From the IMG/VR virus record IMGVR_UViG_3300016263_000541, positions 1-32,817 of that record: DNA of 32,817 nucleotides. One strand, 5' to 3'. Source of the stretch: a virus. Taxonomy: Duplodnaviria > Caudoviricetes. Of this stretch, positions 23,169 to 31,726 are shown piece after piece. The notes beneath the pieces are model-generated. The model saw only the letters and a list, made by a program, of their open reading frames with translations, was not told the origin of the DNA and searched no databases. Every line of letters begins with the position of its first letter. Position 1 is the first letter of the stretch. Position numbers and translations under genes: made by a program.

Positions 23169-24461
23169 TCACTGATTGAAGAGCAGGATTCCGGACATTT
23201 CCGGCTGCTTGTTCACGACACCGAACAGCGTGTCGAGACGATACTTAATCGTCATGCTGTCGATGTCGTAGAACTTCTGCATCACCACCTCGATGCCCTG
23301 ATCGGTCGTGGCACGCATCACAGCGGCACCAGCGTCCGCCGGGACAGCGTAGCGACCAGGCAGAAGCTCAAGCGCATCACGCTGCCAGAACACGTTCACC
23401 GAGGCGGTGTTCGCGTTCAGGAAGGTGATCGCCGCCGCAGCCGCCGGAGTCACGATGCAGTTCTGGTACTGGAGTTCCGCATCGGAGCCACCCTGCGCCG
23501 AGATAATCGGCGGAGTGATGACCAGATCCGTACCGCCAGCAGGCACGCTCACCACGCGGAAGGTCTTGGGCTGACCAGTGCCCTGCTTCGTGATGTGGTG
23601 CACGGCCTCGACGCCATCGATGGTGAACGCGTCGCCCGCGACAATACCAGCCGTCGCATTGACGGTGATGGTCTGGAAGCGGTTGTCCACGTTCTGGGTC
23701 TCACCAGAGATGGCGGTCGACGTCGCGGCCGGAACGAAGAAGTTGTTCGCGGCCACCTGCGTGTCGATCGTGACGGGCGCGGCCGGAGCCGCGGCAGTCA
23801 GACGATTGGCATAGTCGAACTTGAACGTCTCGAAGCCGGCGACCATGCCGACGAACGAACGCTCGAAGGCGCTGTTCGACTTGTTGCCGTTGAACGAACG
23901 CGCAGCGGTGCCGGAAGCGCCAGTGGCGATGTTGCCAGCGACGCCGTTATAATCGCGGCTGGCGAGCGCCAGATAGCGATCATAATTGGCAACGCCCTGC
24001 TCGTTCATGATGGAATCGCACAGGGCGATGTCATCATAGGTACCGGCCGGAGCGCCAATGTCCACCACGAGCGAGCCGAGATTGGCGGCAGCGTTCATGA
24101 TGGCCAGGTTGATGTCGGACGCGAGCTTCTGCTTCGCAGCATCGCCCAGTCGACCCTCCTGGAGAGCGTCGCGCAGATCCAGCGTGGTCATCGTCCACGG
24201 CACCGTGCGGCTGAAGCCGATGGTGGCGGGAACGGACAGCTGCGTCATGTCCTGATACGAGGGAATCGCCACGCCAGGCGTCGACGAGATCGACTGCGCG
24301 ATGTACGGCATCGGCCGCCAGATGATGTCGTTCGTGCGAGCCATCATCGTCTGGTCGGTATTGTAGATGCCGACGTTACGCGACAGCACCAGTGCATCGT
24401 GGAAGCCTTCGAGAAGGTTCTCGAACGCCACCCGCTCTTCTTTGGAAAACGAATTAGCCAT
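23169..24461 (-). CDS. Major capsid protein, P22 coat family
   Basis: 430 aa; M.RTND.IWRP.PY, DLRD, A.QKLASDIN, VAGF, GDAFTI.GV, RLD.LFGV....PE..GI.L.NQ. Confidence 0.92.
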   Translation of the reverse strand: MANSFSKEERVAFENLLEGFHDALVLSRNVGIYNTDQTMMARTNDIIWRPMPYIAQSISSTPGVAIPSYQDMTQLSVPATIGFSRTVPWTMTTLDLRDALQEGRLGDAAKQKLASDINLAIMNAAANLGSLVVDIGAPAGTYDDIALCDSIMNEQGVANYDRYLALASRDYNGVAGNIATGASGTAARSFNGNKSNSAFERSFVGMVAGFETFKFDYANRLTAAAPAAPVTIDTQVAANNFFVPAATSTAISGETQNVDNRFQTITVNATAGIVAGDAFTIDGVEAVHHITKQGTGQPKTFRVVSVPAGGTDLVITPPIISAQGGSDAELQYQNCIVTPAAAAAITFLNANTASVNVFWQRDALELLPGRYAVPADAGAAVMRATTDQGIEVVMQKFYDIDSMTIKYRLDTLFGVVNKQPEMSGILLFNQ

Positions 24462-24480
24462 GACAGGCTCCTATTGAGGA

Positions 24481-25374
24481 TCAGTTTCGAGATGCTGCCT
24501 GCTTCTGCCGTTTGTACTGTAGAACCTTTGTGTAGTTCCCAGTCTTTTCGGCTTCCGCACGCAGCCGTTCAAGGGTTGAATCGACCGCGCCAGAAACTCG
24601 TCCAGTCCCCTGGATCACTCGTTCCGGCTCGGGCGCTGCCCTGCGATTCGTCACTTTCAATTCTCTCTCCAGCTTCGCGACCGCAAAGGCAAACTTTACG
24701 GGGTCGGTGATATTTGCGAGATCCGCAGCCTTCTTCGGGTTTTTCCCGAGTGCGTAGATGACCAGTGCAGGATTGTCAGATCCTTGCAGGATGACGCCTT
24801 GCTGAGTGACATTGAAGGCCTCCTGAGCGATAGCCTCGGCGTCTTCATAGTCTCGGACCCGCAGCTCGGCCTTGGCCTTGCTGTAGCCATCCAGCTTGGC
24901 TTGCCAGGCCTGCTGCTGCGCCTGCTCGGCCTGTCGAACCTTCTCGGCCTCCAGATCGTGCTCGCGCTTGCGTTCATGCCAGGCATCCAGTGCTTGCTCG
25001 AACCTGTCTGCGTCGTAGTCGAAATCCTCAAGCTTCGGCTTGGAACCGAGCGCGACCGGCTTGGTCTCGGTCTGCGTGGTCTGTAGCCTAGCCTCAAGTT
25101 CTCGAATCCGGCGCTCCTTCTCACGGTTGCTCTTACGCAATTCTCGCACCCATTCGGGTGCGCGCTGCCTCTCGTCGGTGGGGGGCGCTTCCTCACCAAT
25201 AGAGACGACAACTTCGTCGGACTCTTCCTCTGGCTTTTCAGCCTCGTCTTCGGTCGGCTGGTTGCTAGCGGCATCATTCTCGCCAGCATCATTCGCAACC
25301 TCCTTGGACTCGACTTCTGGCACCACGGATTCGTCGACTTCGCTCTCGTCTACAACAACTGCCCTTTTGTTCAT
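24481..25374 (-). CDS. Scaffolding protein
   Basis: Acidic N-terminus, coiled coils, KP.LEDFDYD, C-terminal LERLRAEAEKTGNYTKV..YKR helix-loop-helix; lies between portal and coat. Confidence 0.85.
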   Translation of the reverse strand: MNKRAVVVDESEVDESVVPEVESKEVANDAGENDAASNQPTEDEAEKPEEESDEVVVSIGEEAPPTDERQRAPEWVRELRKSNREKERRIRELEARLQTTQTETKPVALGSKPKLEDFDYDADRFEQALDAWHERKREHDLEAEKVRQAEQAQQQAWQAKLDGYSKAKAELRVRDYEDAEAIAQEAFNVTQQGVILQGSDNPALVIYALGKNPKKAADLANITDPVKFAFAVAKLERELKVTNRRAAPEPERVIQGTGRVSGAVDSTLERLRAEAEKTGNYTKVLQYKRQKQAASRN

Positions 25375-25446
25375 CTTTGACCCCATCAACTCACCCATTG
25401 AAACGGCAGGGTGGAAGCCGTTGCTGATATTTTTACCGATAATCCG

Positions 25447-27501
25447 TCAAATTACAACGGGCGGTGCCTGCTGGCCCATAACGGCCTGCTGCTCGGCCTC
25501 CATAGCCGTCAGCGCCATGTTCTGTTCTTGCGCTCCGGTCTTTGCCAGCGTCTCAGCCGTCTTGGCGCGCGACAAGTTGGCGTCCGCCACGGTCTTGACC
25601 GTGTCGGCACGCGCCTTTGCCGCCTTCGCCATCGCCTCCTCGGCTGCCGCCTGTAGGAATATCTTGTTCGGATCTTCCTGCTGCCCTTGCAGCTCGACCA
25701 TCATGTCTTCCTGCTCCTGCTGCGTGGGCTGGACCACGCCCATACGCACAAGCTGCTTGCGGAAGTAGCTGCGAACGTCGCTGATGCCCTCGCCTTCCAT
25801 GTTCATCATCGCCATGGCCTGCAAGACCTGCTTGGTCTGCGGATCATCGGTGATTGCCATCATGCCGGTGAGCGCCCGGACGGTGGCCGCGCGCTTGCTG
25901 GTACTGGAAGGTCCGACCTCGACGTTCACATCGAACTTCGCCCGGCTCAGGTCGTTCTCCATGACGACCTCGCCAGACTCGCTGACGACGGGACGCATCA
26001 GTTCGACCATGCCGATCTCATCGTTTGGTCCGATGGTCTTCATCTGGCGGCCCTCGTCGACGTAGATGTCGCGCGCCATGCTGAGCCAGATTTCGCCGCA
26101 GCGCTGCATGCCCTTGGCGAAATTGCTCATGTAGATGAAGGTCTGCATGTCCAGACGGGTCTGGATCATCTCGATGGCCTTGCCCGAGATGTTGCTGACC
26201 ATCTTGTCGGCCTGCTGCGATCCGCCGAGGATGTCCTGCATATCCTGCTCGGTCACCTGTAGCAGGGCGGCCATCGCGGGCGGGATCTGCGGGCTCTTTG
26301 TGTAGGCGACCGGTCCGCCGATTTGCTGGCTTCCGTCAGGACCGGTAATCGGGTTGATCAGCAGATACGGATAGTTGCGGATGTTGTCGTCCGCCCACAT
26401 GACCTGATGGCCAGTGACCTGCTCTGGCGTCAGGATTGGCTTCTCGACGCTGGACAGCGCGCTGATCTCGCCCAGCTTGCTGAGCTGCATGTTCTTAAGG
26501 CGCTGAGCGTCCTTGGCCAGACGCACCTGGCCCATGCATCGCTCGACGTTGTCGACGAACCAGCGCTTGCCGTAGACCGGAACGACTGGGATTTCCTTGC
26601 CTGCGATGTAGCCTGCATCCTCGAGGATGCGGCCGCCCGACATGATGTACTTATGGACCCTGCGTCGCTTGATCTTTCGCTGGCGCACCTCGATGCTTCC
26701 GATCGCTGCCAGCGTTTCTTCGAGCGATGGGTCCGCCTCGAAGTCGGCCTGGCGATACCGCTCCTCGGTGCCGTCGATGGCCTGAAAGATGCGAACGGTC
26801 TCGGTAACGTCTTCGACCTTGTAGTACTCGGCGACGTAGACAACGTCCGGCGTGCACCAGTCGAACTCGTACTGATGAATGATCTTAGGCCAGTCTGTCG
26901 GATCGTCGCCCCACTCCTCCTTGTAGCTCGCGCGCGTCATCGACGTGACGACGAACGCATATCGCGCATCGGACTTGTCCTGGCGCTTGGCGTTGAGGTC
27001 GAAGAAGACAGAACTGTCCGCATCGAAGATCGGCTCGATCATGATACGCTGGCGCTCGTTGTCTTCGTCCTCGTCGTCCTCGTAGACGTTACGCAGACGC
27101 CAGGCACCGAATCCACCGCCCACCGCCTCCTCGAAGGCGTTGTCGTAGGCCTCGTCGGCCACGCTGTCCTTCTCGTCGGCACGGTACAGGCCGTCGCACG
27201 TCTCGGCCAGTTTGTCGTCCTGTCCTGGCTTCGGCGTGAAGTCGACCGTGATGCGGTTGTTGCGATACTCGTTGATGATGCGGATCACGCTCAGGTGGAT
27301 CTTGTTCACCTCGAAGCGTGGCTTGTTTTCGTACACATCCCACAGCGGCCCTTCCCACTGCGATCCGGCCAGGCTGTAAAAGCGCCTGTCCTGTAGGCAC
27401 TGCAAGCGCTCGTCGCGCAGCGCCGTCTGGATGTCGTTGAATTGCCTCAACGCATCGGTATGCAGATTGTTCAGGAACTGCTCTTTGGACATGCGCGCCA
27501 T
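25447..27501 (-). CDS. Portal protein, P22-like
   Basis: 684 aa; G.QW, A.D.AFEEAV.GGFGAWR, SVFFD.NAK..DKSDA, IP.VPVYG.R...D..E...G.VR.AKDAQRL.N, DV.V.VGPS....R.A. Confidence 0.92.
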   Translation of the reverse strand: MARMSKEQFLNNLHTDALRQFNDIQTALRDERLQCLQDRRFYSLAGSQWEGPLWDVYENKPRFEVNKIHLSVIRIINEYRNNRITVDFTPKPGQDDKLAETCDGLYRADEKDSVADEAYDNAFEEAVGGGFGAWRLRNVYEDDEDEDNERQRIMIEPIFDADSSVFFDLNAKRQDKSDARYAFVVTSMTRASYKEEWGDDPTDWPKIIHQYEFDWCTPDVVYVAEYYKVEDVTETVRIFQAIDGTEERYRQADFEADPSLEETLAAIGSIEVRQRKIKRRRVHKYIMSGGRILEDAGYIAGKEIPVVPVYGKRWFVDNVERCMGQVRLAKDAQRLKNMQLSKLGEISALSSVEKPILTPEQVTGHQVMWADDNIRNYPYLLINPITGPDGSQQIGGPVAYTKSPQIPPAMAALLQVTEQDMQDILGGSQQADKMVSNISGKAIEMIQTRLDMQTFIYMSNFAKGMQRCGEIWLSMARDIYVDEGRQMKTIGPNDEIGMVELMRPVVSESGEVVMENDLSRAKFDVNVEVGPSSTSKRAATVRALTGMMAITDDPQTKQVLQAMAMMNMEGEGISDVRSYFRKQLVRMGVVQPTQQEQEDMMVELQGQQEDPNKIFLQAAAEEAMAKAAKARADTVKTVADANLSRAKTAETLAKTGAQEQNMALTAMEAEQQAVMGQQAPPVVI

Positions 27502-27527
27502 AATAGGCCCCTATTTTGAGCTATTTT

Positions 27528-28754
27528 CTACCATTTGTTCGTCGTCGGCAATGGCTTGAAGTTGAGCGCCTGAGAACTCGATGCGGCCCTGCGAACGCCC
27601 TCGCACGCATAGCGCAAGGCATCGATCACATGATTCTTCGTGTCCTGTAGCACCGGGAGCACTCTGCCGGTGAGCGGATCGGTCTTGAACTTGTAGAACG
27701 TCAGCTCGTCGATCGTGTGCACGCATCGAGGATGAACAACGATGTTATAGGACTTCAGCCACTCGACGCCTTCCTCGACTGACTTCGGCCCTTTGACTGC
27801 TGGCATGATCTTCGGAAATCCGTTTTTCCGCATGTGGCTGATCGTCTCTGGCCTCGAATTGTCCGCAACCATCGGCCACTTCTCTGCCTCCGGCACGGTC
27901 ATGAAAAGATCTGGCGTGTTCACGATCTCGCAGCCGACCATGTAGGCTTCGTGGTCGATGTAGAGCGTGCGGCCGACAATGTGGCAGCGCACGAGAACTG
28001 TCGGGTCGGTGGCAAAACCCCAGTCCGCGCCGAGCCGATGGATGGCGTCTCTCGGCGCCTCGAACTCCTCGACACGCCAATTGTGGAAGACGCGCGCATT
28101 GCTGTGCTGCACGTAGCCGCCACGCCAGACATGTGCGTATTTGTCCGGGTCGCGCGCCTTGTCGTATTCCATCTCCGAGCGCAGGACGTCCGGGAACCAT
28201 GGATTGTCCTCGAAGTTGACTTCGAGCACGCGAGAATCCGGTGGCGGATTCTGTCCGCGCAGCAATCTGTCGACCGGGTCGCTGGCTTGGGCAGGATTCC
28301 ACGTGAACCACAACTCGGAGCCAGGCTTCCTGATTGTCGGCCGCAGAAGATCCAGGCTGCGCTGCGATAGGCTCTGCGCCTCCTCCACCCAGGCTCGATC
28401 GTAGCCCTCAAGGCTCTTGATCGATTCTGCCGTGTGATTCCGCATGCCTTGGAAAATAATCAGGCCGTCGCCGCGTTTCGACTTTATGACGGCCTCTTGG
28501 ATTTCGAAGTATCCACCGGCATTCATCTGCTCAATCTTTAGCTCGAGCAGGCGCTTGACCGACTGCGCCAGAGACTTCTGGATCTCTCGCACACAGACGC
28601 TGCGGCTGTCCTGATCGATAATGTGCGCCTCGATCAGCATCTCGGCAAAGGTGTGCGACTTGCCCGAGCCGCGACCGCCAAATGCGCCCTTATAACGCGC
28701 GCGCTCTAGCAGCGGCAGCGCCCATTCCGGCGTGTCTATTCGCAGGGTACTCAC
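27528..28754 (-). CDS. terL: Terminase large subunit (PBSX/Terminase_3 type)
   Basis: GTG at 28754 overlapping the TerS stop; Walker A GGRGSGKS, Walker B WVEEA, TWNP, nuclease motifs GADWGF..DP and NH.IDALRY. Confidence 0.95.
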   Translation of the reverse strand: MSTLRIDTPEWALPLLERARYKGAFGGRGSGKSHTFAEMLIEAHIIDQDSRSVCVREIQKSLAQSVKRLLELKIEQMNAGGYFEIQEAVIKSKRGDGLIIFQGMRNHTAESIKSLEGYDRAWVEEAQSLSQRSLDLLRPTIRKPGSELWFTWNPAQASDPVDRLLRGQNPPPDSRVLEVNFEDNPWFPDVLRSEMEYDKARDPDKYAHVWRGGYVQHSNARVFHNWRVEEFEAPRDAIHRLGADWGFATDPTVLVRCHIVGRTLYIDHEAYMVGCEIVNTPDLFMTVPEAEKWPMVADNSRPETISHMRKNGFPKIMPAVKGPKSVEEGVEWLKSYNIVVHPRCVHTIDELTFYKFKTDPLTGRVLPVLQDTKNHVIDALRYACEGVRRAASSSQALNFKPLPTTNKW

Positions 28755-29095
28755 CCCTTGATGACCACGCGCTCGATTCTCTCGTACTGCATCGGCCCGC
28801 CATCCGGTCCGCTGTTCTCGTGGCGCTGCGTCTCGGCCCAGCGCATCTGAGCCTTGGTCCACCAGATCATCGCGGTGGTGTCGCCCTGCACCACGGCCTT
28901 GTTGAACAGCGTCTTCGCGACTTGCGCGCTGGCCTTGGCCTTACCGACCGCGAGCTCGGTCTTGTAGTACTTGCGAAGCGTTTCGTCGCTTATGCCGATC
29001 AGCGCGGCGATCTGGTCATGCGGCAGGCCGAGGCCAGAGGCCTGCTCGACCTGGCGGCGGCGGTCTTCCGTTGGCTTGTGGGGCGCTTGTGCCAT
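28751..29095 (-). CDS. terS: Terminase small subunit
   Basis: HTH GLPHDQIAALIGISDETLRKYY..EL, A.I.W.K...W.ET; directly upstream of TerL. Confidence 0.8.
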   Translation of the reverse strand: MAQAPHKPTEDRRRQVEQASGLGLPHDQIAALIGISDETLRKYYKTELAVGKAKASAQVAKTLFNKAVVQGDTTAMIWWTKAQMRWAETQRHENSGPDGGPMQYERIERVVIKG

Positions 29096-29104
29096 GGCGA
29101 TAAC

Positions 29105-29317
29105 CTATGCGCTGCGGATGCGATTGAAAAGACGGCGCAGGACATACGACCGCGCCAGCGAAATCGCGGTGAACAGGGCGCCGATCGCAAGGCTGTCGAA
29201 CGCGCTCGGGTGCAGGCCGAACAGCGGCAGGACGACCGCATTGGCCGCGACCGCCACGACGTAGCCGATGGCGACGTTCGCCATCGCCTCGACGGCGCTC
29301 ATGCGTCGGCTTTGCAT
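29105..29317 (-). CDS. Small two-TM membrane protein
   Basis: MQSRRMSAVEAMANVAIGY...FTAISLARSYVLRRLFN (70 aa); a small gene type often seen after phage methylases. Confidence 0.75.
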   Translation of the reverse strand: MQSRRMSAVEAMANVAIGYVVAVAANAVVLPLFGLHPSAFDSLAIGALFTAISLARSYVLRRLFNRIRSA

Positions 29318-30540
29318 CGCTCGGTCGCCATGTCCGCGAAGCTGCGGCCATCGCCTTCCAGCGTCGCGACCTGCCCAGTGAACTCCTGCCAGCGCTTGAC
29401 CGCGACATCGACGTAGGCCGCGTTGAGCTCGATCGCGTGGCAGGCGCGGCCGGTCATCTCCGCGGCGATGATCGTGGTGCCGGAGCCGGAGAAGGGCTCG
29501 TAGACGGCCTGGCCGGGGCTGCTGTTGTTCTCGATCGGGCGCTTCATGCACTCGACGGGCTTCTGCGTGCTGTGGCCCGTTTCGGATTTGCGCGGCTTCT
29601 CGATCTGCCAGAGCGTGGTCTGCTTGCGGTCGCCATTCCAGTGGGCTTTTGCGCCCTTTCGCACGGCATACCAACAGACCTCGTGCTGGTAGTGATAATT
29701 GCCGCGACCAATTGCGAATTGAGACTTTGCCCAAATTATCTGCTGACGTACTTCCATTGTTGCGGCGATGATGCTGTCGTGCACCTTGCACTGCAACGGT
29801 CCGGGAGCTGACCAGACATAGGCGACATCGCCGGGAAACATCGCCCAAGCTTCGCGCCAGTCGGCGCGGTCGTCGTTGAGAACCTTGCCCTTCGCCGAGC
29901 CCTTGCCCGCGAGGCCCGACTTCTCGCGCCATTCGGGGTCGTACTCGACGCCATAGGGCGGGTCGGTCACCATCAGATGCGGCTTCACGCCGTTCAGCGC
30001 CTTCTCGACCGCCAGCGCGTCGGTGCAATCGCCGCAGACCAGCCGGTGCCGCCCCAGCAGCCAGACATCGCCTGGCACCGTGATCGGCCGCTCGGGCGCC
30101 TCTGGGATCGCGTCGGGATCTGTCAGGCCCTCGGTGCCCGGCGCAGCCATCAGCGCGTCGAGCTCCTCGGTCGAGAAGCCGGTCAGCGCCACGTCGAACT
30201 CCAGGCCGCGCAGGTCGTTGATCTCCAGCCGCAGCAGCTCAATGTCCCAGCCGGCGTTGAGCGCCAGCTTGTTGTCCGCGATGACGTAGGCCCTCTTCTG
30301 CGCCTCGGTCAGATGCGAAAGCCGGATCGCCGGAACGTCCTGCATTTTGAGCTTGCGCGCCGCCAGGACGCGGCCGTGTCCCGCGATGATGCCGTTCGCC
30401 TCGTCCACGAGCACGGGGTTCGTGAACCCGAACTCTCGGATCGACGCCGCGATCTGGGCTACCTGCGCGTCGCTATGGGTGCGCGAGTTGCGGGCATATG
30501 GGATCAGCGCCTCGACGCCGATGCGCTCGATCTGGATCAT
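29299..30540 (-). CDS. ParB-like N-terminal domain fused to N6-adenine/N4-cytosine DNA methyltransferase
   Basis: PYARNSRTH...SIREFGFTNP...IIAGHGR...ADNK; catalytic TDPPY precedes H.TQKP and EPFSGSGTT (beta-class order). Confidence 0.9.
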   Translation of the reverse strand: MIQIERIGVEALIPYARNSRTHSDAQVAQIAASIREFGFTNPVLVDEANGIIAGHGRVLAARKLKMQDVPAIRLSHLTEAQKRAYVIADNKLALNAGWDIELLRLEINDLRGLEFDVALTGFSTEELDALMAAPGTEGLTDPDAIPEAPERPITVPGDVWLLGRHRLVCGDCTDALAVEKALNGVKPHLMVTDPPYGVEYDPEWREKSGLAGKGSAKGKVLNDDRADWREAWAMFPGDVAYVWSAPGPLQCKVHDSIIAATMEVRQQIIWAKSQFAIGRGNYHYQHEVCWYAVRKGAKAHWNGDRKQTTLWQIEKPRKSETGHSTQKPVECMKRPIENNSSPGQAVYEPFSGSGTTIIAAEMTGRACHAIELNAAYVDVAVKRWQEFTGQVATLEGDGRSFADMATERCKADA

Positions 30541-30546
30541 GTAATT

Positions 30547-30575
30547 TTATTGCGCCAAACATAGCCATGCGTCAA
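30547..30575 (-). promoter_or_regulatory. Leftward promoter for the methylase/packaging operon (probably leaderless)
   Basis: TTGACG(30575-30570)-17 nt-CAATAA-6 nt-ATG(30540); no SD. Confidence 0.5.
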
Positions 30576-30610
30576 GCGCATACCGCCCCGCGTTCTTTGC
30601 AATGGTCACC

Positions 30611-30630
30611 CTGCACCGATGGTGTATGTT
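30611..30630 (+). promoter_or_regulatory. Operator O3 / -10 of second rightward promoter
   Basis: CTGCACCGATGGTGTATGTT, 19/20 identical to 1564-1583. Confidence 0.75.
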
Positions 30631-30676
30631 CTGCCCATCGAAACCGGCGCCGAGGCGCCAACCAAGGGAGGCCCAC

Positions 30677-30883
30677 ATGGCCCTGACGCTCAACCAGTAC
30701 CGCGCCGCCTTCTCCCGCTGCATCAGCAGCGCGCACAAGGACATGGGCCTCCGCTACGTCTGGGAGGCGAAGCTGCTTGAGCATCGCAACGCCGCCGAGC
30801 GCTACAACGATCTGGTCGGCCGCCTCCCGATGCTCCTGGCCTACGCGCAGGAGATCACGGCGCGTCGCAAGGAGGCCTCCTGA
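30677..30883 (+). CDS. Hypothetical protein
   Basis: SD GGGAGG, ATG at 30677; 68 aa MALTLNQYRAAF... Confidence 0.75.
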   Translation: MALTLNQYRAAFSRCISSAHKDMGLRYVWEAKLLEHRNAAERYNDLVGRLPMLLAYAQEITARRKEAS

Positions 30884-31086
30884 TGCGCGTCCACCCAGAG
30901 ATGAGCCTGCCCCGCCTCCGCGACGCCATGGGCGAGGCCAGCCTTCTAGACGCCGAGGCGCTGCGCGAAGTGCTCCTGCGCCGGGGCGTCATCGACACCG
31001 ACCTGATGACCGCCGACGAGTGGCGGGACGCAGTCAGGACCGCCTATCGCCGCCTGCCGAGGCACCTCCGGCCCGAAACCGCCTAG
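30883..31086 (+). CDS. Hypothetical protein
   Basis: SD AAGGAGG, TGATG coupling; 67 aa. Confidence 0.75.
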   Translation: MRVHPEMSLPRLRDAMGEASLLDAEALREVLLRRGVIDTDLMTADEWRDAVRTAYRRLPRHLRPETA

Positions 31087-31115
31087 AACGGCCCTAGGAA
31101 CGCCGGAAGTCGGTC

Positions 31116-31144
31116 GCCCGCTACCCTGACTAGGGTCAGCGGGC
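31116..31144. terminator. Hairpin between convergent genes (possible terminator)
   Basis: GCCCGCT-ACCCT-GACT-AGGGT-C-AGCGGGC; no U-tract. Confidence 0.35.
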
Positions 31145-31726
31145 TTCCGCGCTTCCTGGGCCATCCTCGGGGCCGCGCGAGGCATCCGAGGCGAACCGGG
31201 ACCGGAATCGGGCCATCGTCGCCTCGAATTCGGCTTTCTGCTCGTCGGTCATGGTTGACCACTTCCCAGCCGGCCTCGACCCCTCCGCCGGCAGCGCAAT
31301 CGCCCGGCGCAGCTGGTGGCGCTGGGCCTTGGCCGCGGCGACCTCGGCCTCGAGGTGCTCGCAGACCTCGGCGTAGCTCGGGAACCACCGGAACTTGCGC
31401 GCCGCCGCGTCGAGGCTGGCGCGGCTGAACGCGCTGGCCGGGTATTCCAGCATCGCCGCGTAGGCCCGCGCCTTGGCGTCGCCGTCGGCCTCGCCCGGCT
31501 TGGACGCGGTCAGCGTGCCGAGCGCCGAGATCCAGCGCAGCGCCAGCGCCTGCGGCGCGGGCTGCAGGGCGGCCTCGATCGCGGCCAGGGCGCGCTCAGC
31601 CTCGGCCTTCTGGGTCGAAGAAATCGCCAGCGGGGCTCCCGGCTGCTCGGTCTGCATCCTCCCGAGCAAGGCGCTCAGCGAGAACGATAAACCCGTTGCG
31701 GGACTGAGATCGAGATCCTGCGCCAT
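31136..31726 (-). CDS. Replication accessory protein (helicase loader-like by position)
   Basis: Follows the initiator; AY...L.YP......A........WFPSYAE motif. Start 31726 (AAGGA SD) or 31657. Confidence 0.55.
   Translation of the reverse strand: MAQDLDLSPATGLSFSLSALLGRMQTEQPGAPLAISSTQKAEAERALAAIEAALQPAPQALALRWISALGTLTASKPGEADGDAKARAYAAMLEYPASAFSRASLDAAARKFRWFPSYAEVCEHLEAEVAAAKAQRHQLRRAIALPAEGSRPAGKWSTMTDEQKAEFEATMARFRSRFASDASRGPEDGPGSAEAR

Noticed and set aside
23100-24710. Long plus-strand ORFs antisense to capsid, portal, gp10 and holin genes (e.g. 23100-24710, 26323-27396, 18983-19876, 7121-7864)
   Set aside because: Shadow frames expected from high-GC codon bias; no SD, no motifs, and fully opposite well-supported genes
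25413-25423. CAACGGCUUCC match to the SAM/SAH riboswitch
   Set aside because: The downstream UGGCGUG and closing stem are absent, and the gene context (scaffold) does not fit
28755-28862. N-terminal extensions in the ORF track (TerL, RecT-like, C5 methylase, lysin, RusA and others)
   Set aside because: They run inside upstream genes; downstream starts with SD and stop/start coupling were used instead
30150-30540. ParB domain as evidence of a plasmid partition system
   Set aside because: It is the ParB-N domain commonly fused to phage methylases; no ParA or parS array was seen
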